From the IMG/VR virus record IMGVR_UViG_3300033153_007973, positions 1-64,000 of that record: a DNA stretch of 64,000 nt, one strand, 5' to 3'. Made by a program: the position numbers and the translations under genes. The stretch's first letter is position 1, and each line of letters starts with the position of its first letter. This document shows positions 61,357 to 64,000 of the stretch, in pieces. Under the pieces are notes generated by a model. It did not search any database. It was not told the origin of the DNA and worked only from the letters and a program-made list of their open reading frames with translations.

Positions 61357-61669
61357 AGCAATACCACCTATTATACATGGTAAGAGGGTAGTTACCAATG
61401 ACATGGCTTTGCTTGTTCTCAGGTGTGATAACTGCGGGGCAGAATTCACTGTATATCATGAAACAAAGACACAAGACGAGGTTAAATGTGATGTATGTTC
61501 GGATACAGTAGTAGTTATGCCCAGACTAATGGAAGCAGCATGGGATAAGGAGAGGGGGCTGTGGGGTGAGCCGGAAGATGTACGAGTTCTAAAAACCGGT
61601 TTGATCCCTTTAGGTGAGTTAAAGGTGCAGAAGTGCCGCGAATTTATAGATCTTGTGAGGAGATCATAA
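61346..61669 (+). CDS. Zn-ribbon protein with VLKTGLIP tag
   Basis: CDNC..CDVC. Confidence 0.7.
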   Translation: MILRAIPPIIHGKRVVTNDMALLVLRCDNCGAEFTVYHETKTQDEVKCDVCSDTVVVMPRLMEAAWDKERGLWGEPEDVRVLKTGLIPLGELKVQKCREFIDLVRRS

Positions 61670-61977
61670 TGGCTATAACTATAGAGGAATATCGAGCATG
61701 GTTGGATGCAAATAATCAACATGTGAATATCGGTTCTGATCATTCACATATAGACCGGAGTATCATGAGTAACGATGCGGAGATTACTATTCCCGCTAGG
61801 ACCGTGATTGTTCCCCAGGTAGATATGGTGATGGGTGATGAGAATCAGATCATCTTTGAGTGCACGGACGGAATGGTAGTGATCTTTAATAAAAAAGATC
61901 TGAATGGTGTCTTCCCGGTGGTGGACCCCTCAAAATCCGAAATGGTGCGGTCTGGGTTGATCCCTAGTGGCGAATAA
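61669..61977 (+). CDS. Hypothetical protein with MVRSGLIP tag
   Basis: Start ATG overlaps the previous TAA; GAGGAG SD. Confidence 0.7.
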   Translation: MAITIEEYRAWLDANNQHVNIGSDHSHIDRSIMSNDAEITIPARTVIVPQVDMVMGDENQIIFECTDGMVVIFNKKDLNGVFPVVDPSKSEMVRSGLIPSGE

Positions 61978-62278
61978 TGACTATTTTGATGAGTTGATCC
62001 AGAGGACTAGAGATATGGGCAATGGACCTTCATTTATTGTTAAACATGCTAGAGCCGCCGATGATGCTGTTAATGTCGAGGTCATATGTCCACATTGTAG
62101 TAAGATTCAATATGATATGATCGTCAGAGGGATTGATGTTGGAAGATGCTGTATGCATTGCATGAGTTCAGCTACTATTAGAGCAAAGGATGTGGAACAC
62201 GCCATCAATGATTTGTTAGAACAAGATAAGCCCATGAATATGAGTGTGTTGCGTGATGGGCTTATACCGGAGGAATAA
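61967..62278 (+). CDS. Zn-ribbon protein with VLRDGLIP tag
   Basis: CPHC..CMHC. Confidence 0.7.
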   Translation: MANNDYFDELIQRTRDMGNGPSFIVKHARAADDAVNVEVICPHCSKIQYDMIVRGIDVGRCCMHCMSSATIRAKDVEHAINDLLEQDKPMNMSVLRDGLIPEE

Positions 62279-62733
62279 TGTCACAAGCAGATGCACTAGA
62301 AGCATTAATGAGGAGAAGAAATATGGCATTGACACCAGCACCACGAGCTATATCACGTAGTGAAGCAGCATACGAACGCCCACCAATGATTGCACAAAAT
62401 GCTTGGCTCCGGGTTCCAAATGGAAACGTAAAGCCGCCGGAGCCAAAAATAGATGGCCCTGATATCAGTACGAAAACGATTATCCTAGATATGATCTCTA
62501 TGGGTGTCGCTGTGCTGCGTCGGCTTTGGACCAAGAAGAAGGTATCATATGGTAATGTCGCGGCTGATGTACTGAAGACGCGTAAAAAAGAAGATGAGAA
62601 GCTGGCGATTCTGGTCAGTCCAGTTATCAGACCGGGGATTATTACACTGGATAAACTTCCAAAGAAGAGACCGCGACCGGTTCCAACTATAGATGGCATT
62701 GGCATAATGAGAGGAGATATCGATGGCGACTAA
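62278..62733 (+). CDS. Hypothetical protein with VIRPGIIT tag
   Basis: GGAGG SD; translationally coupled. Confidence 0.7.
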   Translation: MSQADALEALMRRRNMALTPAPRAISRSEAAYERPPMIAQNAWLRVPNGNVKPPEPKIDGPDISTKTIILDMISMGVAVLRRLWTKKKVSYGNVAADVLKTRKKEDEKLAILVSPVIRPGIITLDKLPKKRPRPVPTIDGIGIMRGDIDGD

Positions 62734-63028
62734 CGTAGGAGAGAATGATCCGCGTTTCCTTCAAGATATGCTCGATATACCGACGAATGAGCCAGCATGG
62801 CAGCTGGATAGTCGGGGCAATATCATAGGTATAGTTAATTGTCCGCGGGCTGTGCATTATCAGCTGGATGAGAATGGTGTGATAGATTTTAATCATACGG
62901 TTAATGTGCCGCCAGCGCTAGGAGATATATTCTCTGCTATGAATAAAGAGAATGAAGAAAAACCGGTAGTACCTGATGTTGCGCAGATAGTGCGTTCTGG
63001 ACTTATTCCTGATGATACCATTCGGTAG
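62723..63028 (+). CDS. Hypothetical protein with IVRSGLIP tag
   Basis: GAGGAG SD. Confidence 0.7.
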   Translation: MATNVGENDPRFLQDMLDIPTNEPAWQLDSRGNIIGIVNCPRAVHYQLDENGVIDFNHTVNVPPALGDIFSAMNKENEEKPVVPDVAQIVRSGLIPDDTIR

Positions 63029-63041
63029 TATAGGAGGAGAC

Positions 63042-63407
63042 ATGGGAATAGTAGTTTGCGGGCCAATGTGCATATATCGATCTGGACGTAAGTGTTCACA
63101 TGAGGATGCGCCGGATACTTTCCTCAGTAAATGGTTCCCGAAATGGTTCTCGCCCAGATGCACTGAGTGGGGTAAATTACAGGAAGACTGCGACATGCAT
63201 GAGCTTCCCCCGCGACCACCCATGCGTGGAAGAGCGATGCGAACTGAGAGGCCGGCTAATCTAGATGGTATCTCCATGCAGTTACATACGACAATGGACC
63301 CAGATGTATTCTTTGGTAAGAGGACAATGGGAGGAAAACAGTTGCAGCCAGACTCCACCAAGGTAATCAGGAAGGGACTTATCCCGGAGGATAAAAATGG
63401 CAAGTAA
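63042..63407 (+). CDS. Cys-rich hypothetical protein with VIRKGLIP tag
   Basis: AGGAGG SD before 63042. Confidence 0.7.
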   Translation: MGIVVCGPMCIYRSGRKCSHEDAPDTFLSKWFPKWFSPRCTEWGKLQEDCDMHELPPRPPMRGRAMRTERPANLDGISMQLHTTMDPDVFFGKRTMGGKQLQPDSTKVIRKGLIPEDKNGK

Positions 63408-63684
63408 AATATATTTCATGAGCGATGCACATATCGGAAATGGAGATATGATAGACAATCTGAAACTATATACTAGAGATCCAAGTAAAGAGATCTCGCT
63501 GCTTTGGGACAAGATCGCAGACCAGAAAAAGGTCTCTAGTGATCCAAATGACATGGTACTGACATATTCAGTGGGTAAGTTCGGGAAGGGGCTGAGAATA
63601 GAGGAGAAGAAGGAGAGACCGGTGATCCCTGAAATCTCGAAGACCATCAGAGATGGGATCATCCCGTTCAGCAAACTGACATAA
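63397..63684 (+). CDS. Small protein with a metallophosphoesterase-like N-terminal remnant and TIRDGIIP tag
   Basis: KIYFMSDAHIG only; remaining catalytic motifs absent. Confidence 0.65.
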   Translation: MASKIYFMSDAHIGNGDMIDNLKLYTRDPSKEISLLWDKIADQKKVSSDPNDMVLTYSVGKFGKGLRIEEKKERPVIPEISKTIRDGIIPFSKLT

Positions 63685-64000
63685 TGCCTATATCTAAGTC
63701 ACATTTTCTTGGTATTCTGAGAGAACGCCGGGACCGGCGCGAGCAAGAGAAGAGACTGGCCACACATGATGATGTATCAAAAGAGAAGAAGAGGAAGAAG
63801 CTTGCCAGGATCTCAATGACCGATGAGGTATTTATGAGATTCCTCACTGGAGAATACTACATAGATCTAGATGATGATATTGTCATAGAAAGAATGTGGA
63901 TTGAGAACCAATATGTGGAGGCCAAAATAAATATCGTTATATCAGGGGAGAGTCTGAAAGTAGGTTATACTACGCCAAATGCAAGTATCCCGGAGTTCTC
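63684..64000 (+). CDS. Hypothetical protein, partial (runs off window end)
   Basis: ATG overlaps the previous TAA; open to the end (MPISKSHFLGILRERR...). Confidence 0.55.
   Translation, partial: MPISKSHFLGILRERRDRREQEKRLATHDDVSKEKKRKKLARISMTDEVFMRFLTGEYYIDLDDDIVIERMWIENQYVEAKINIVISGESLKVGYTTPNASIPEF

Noticed and set aside
63397-63684. Functional metallophosphoesterase
   Set aside because: Only the first DxH motif is present in a 95-aa protein.

Overview
This 64-kb window looks like part of a large lytic bacteriophage genome. It has dense small genes, host-type Shine-Dalgarno (SD) sites and sigma70-type promoters, and no capsid or tail genes were recognised. Almost everything from 1 to ~60,400 is on the minus strand, and a plus-strand operon starts at ~60,600. 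Recognisable content: (1) two unrelated double-psi-beta-barrel RNA polymerases, a 1208-aa single-chain beta/beta' fusion and a 912-aa YonO/RdRP-like enzyme; (2) a ClpA/B/C-type AAA+ ATPase (truncated at the window edge), ClpP and a tmRNA; (3) 11 intact tRNAs plus several tRNA halves and tRNA-like RNAs; (4) RNA repair genes (RtcB, Rnl2-type ligase, nucleotidyltransferase); (5) NAD salvage and ADP-ribose genes (PncA, PncB-like, NadE, NUDIX, NADAR, macro-like); (6) DNA ligase, Fic, HD hydrolase, SPFH and five free-standing homing endonucleases. The most striking unexplained signals are: two distinct peptide-level terminal tags shared by otherwise unrelated small proteins ([ST]-x-x-[DE]-[LI]-F-D-P on ~14 minus-strand ORFs, and hydrophobic-hydrophobic-[RK]-x-G-[LI]-I-[PTS] on 9 consecutive plus-strand genes); a tandem array of four covarying, apparently pseudoknotted ncRNAs at 40.3-40.7 kb; and HNH cassettes that break a tRNA at its anticodon loop while supplying a replacement tRNA with the same anticodon. 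All calls come from manual motif reading; no database searches were run.
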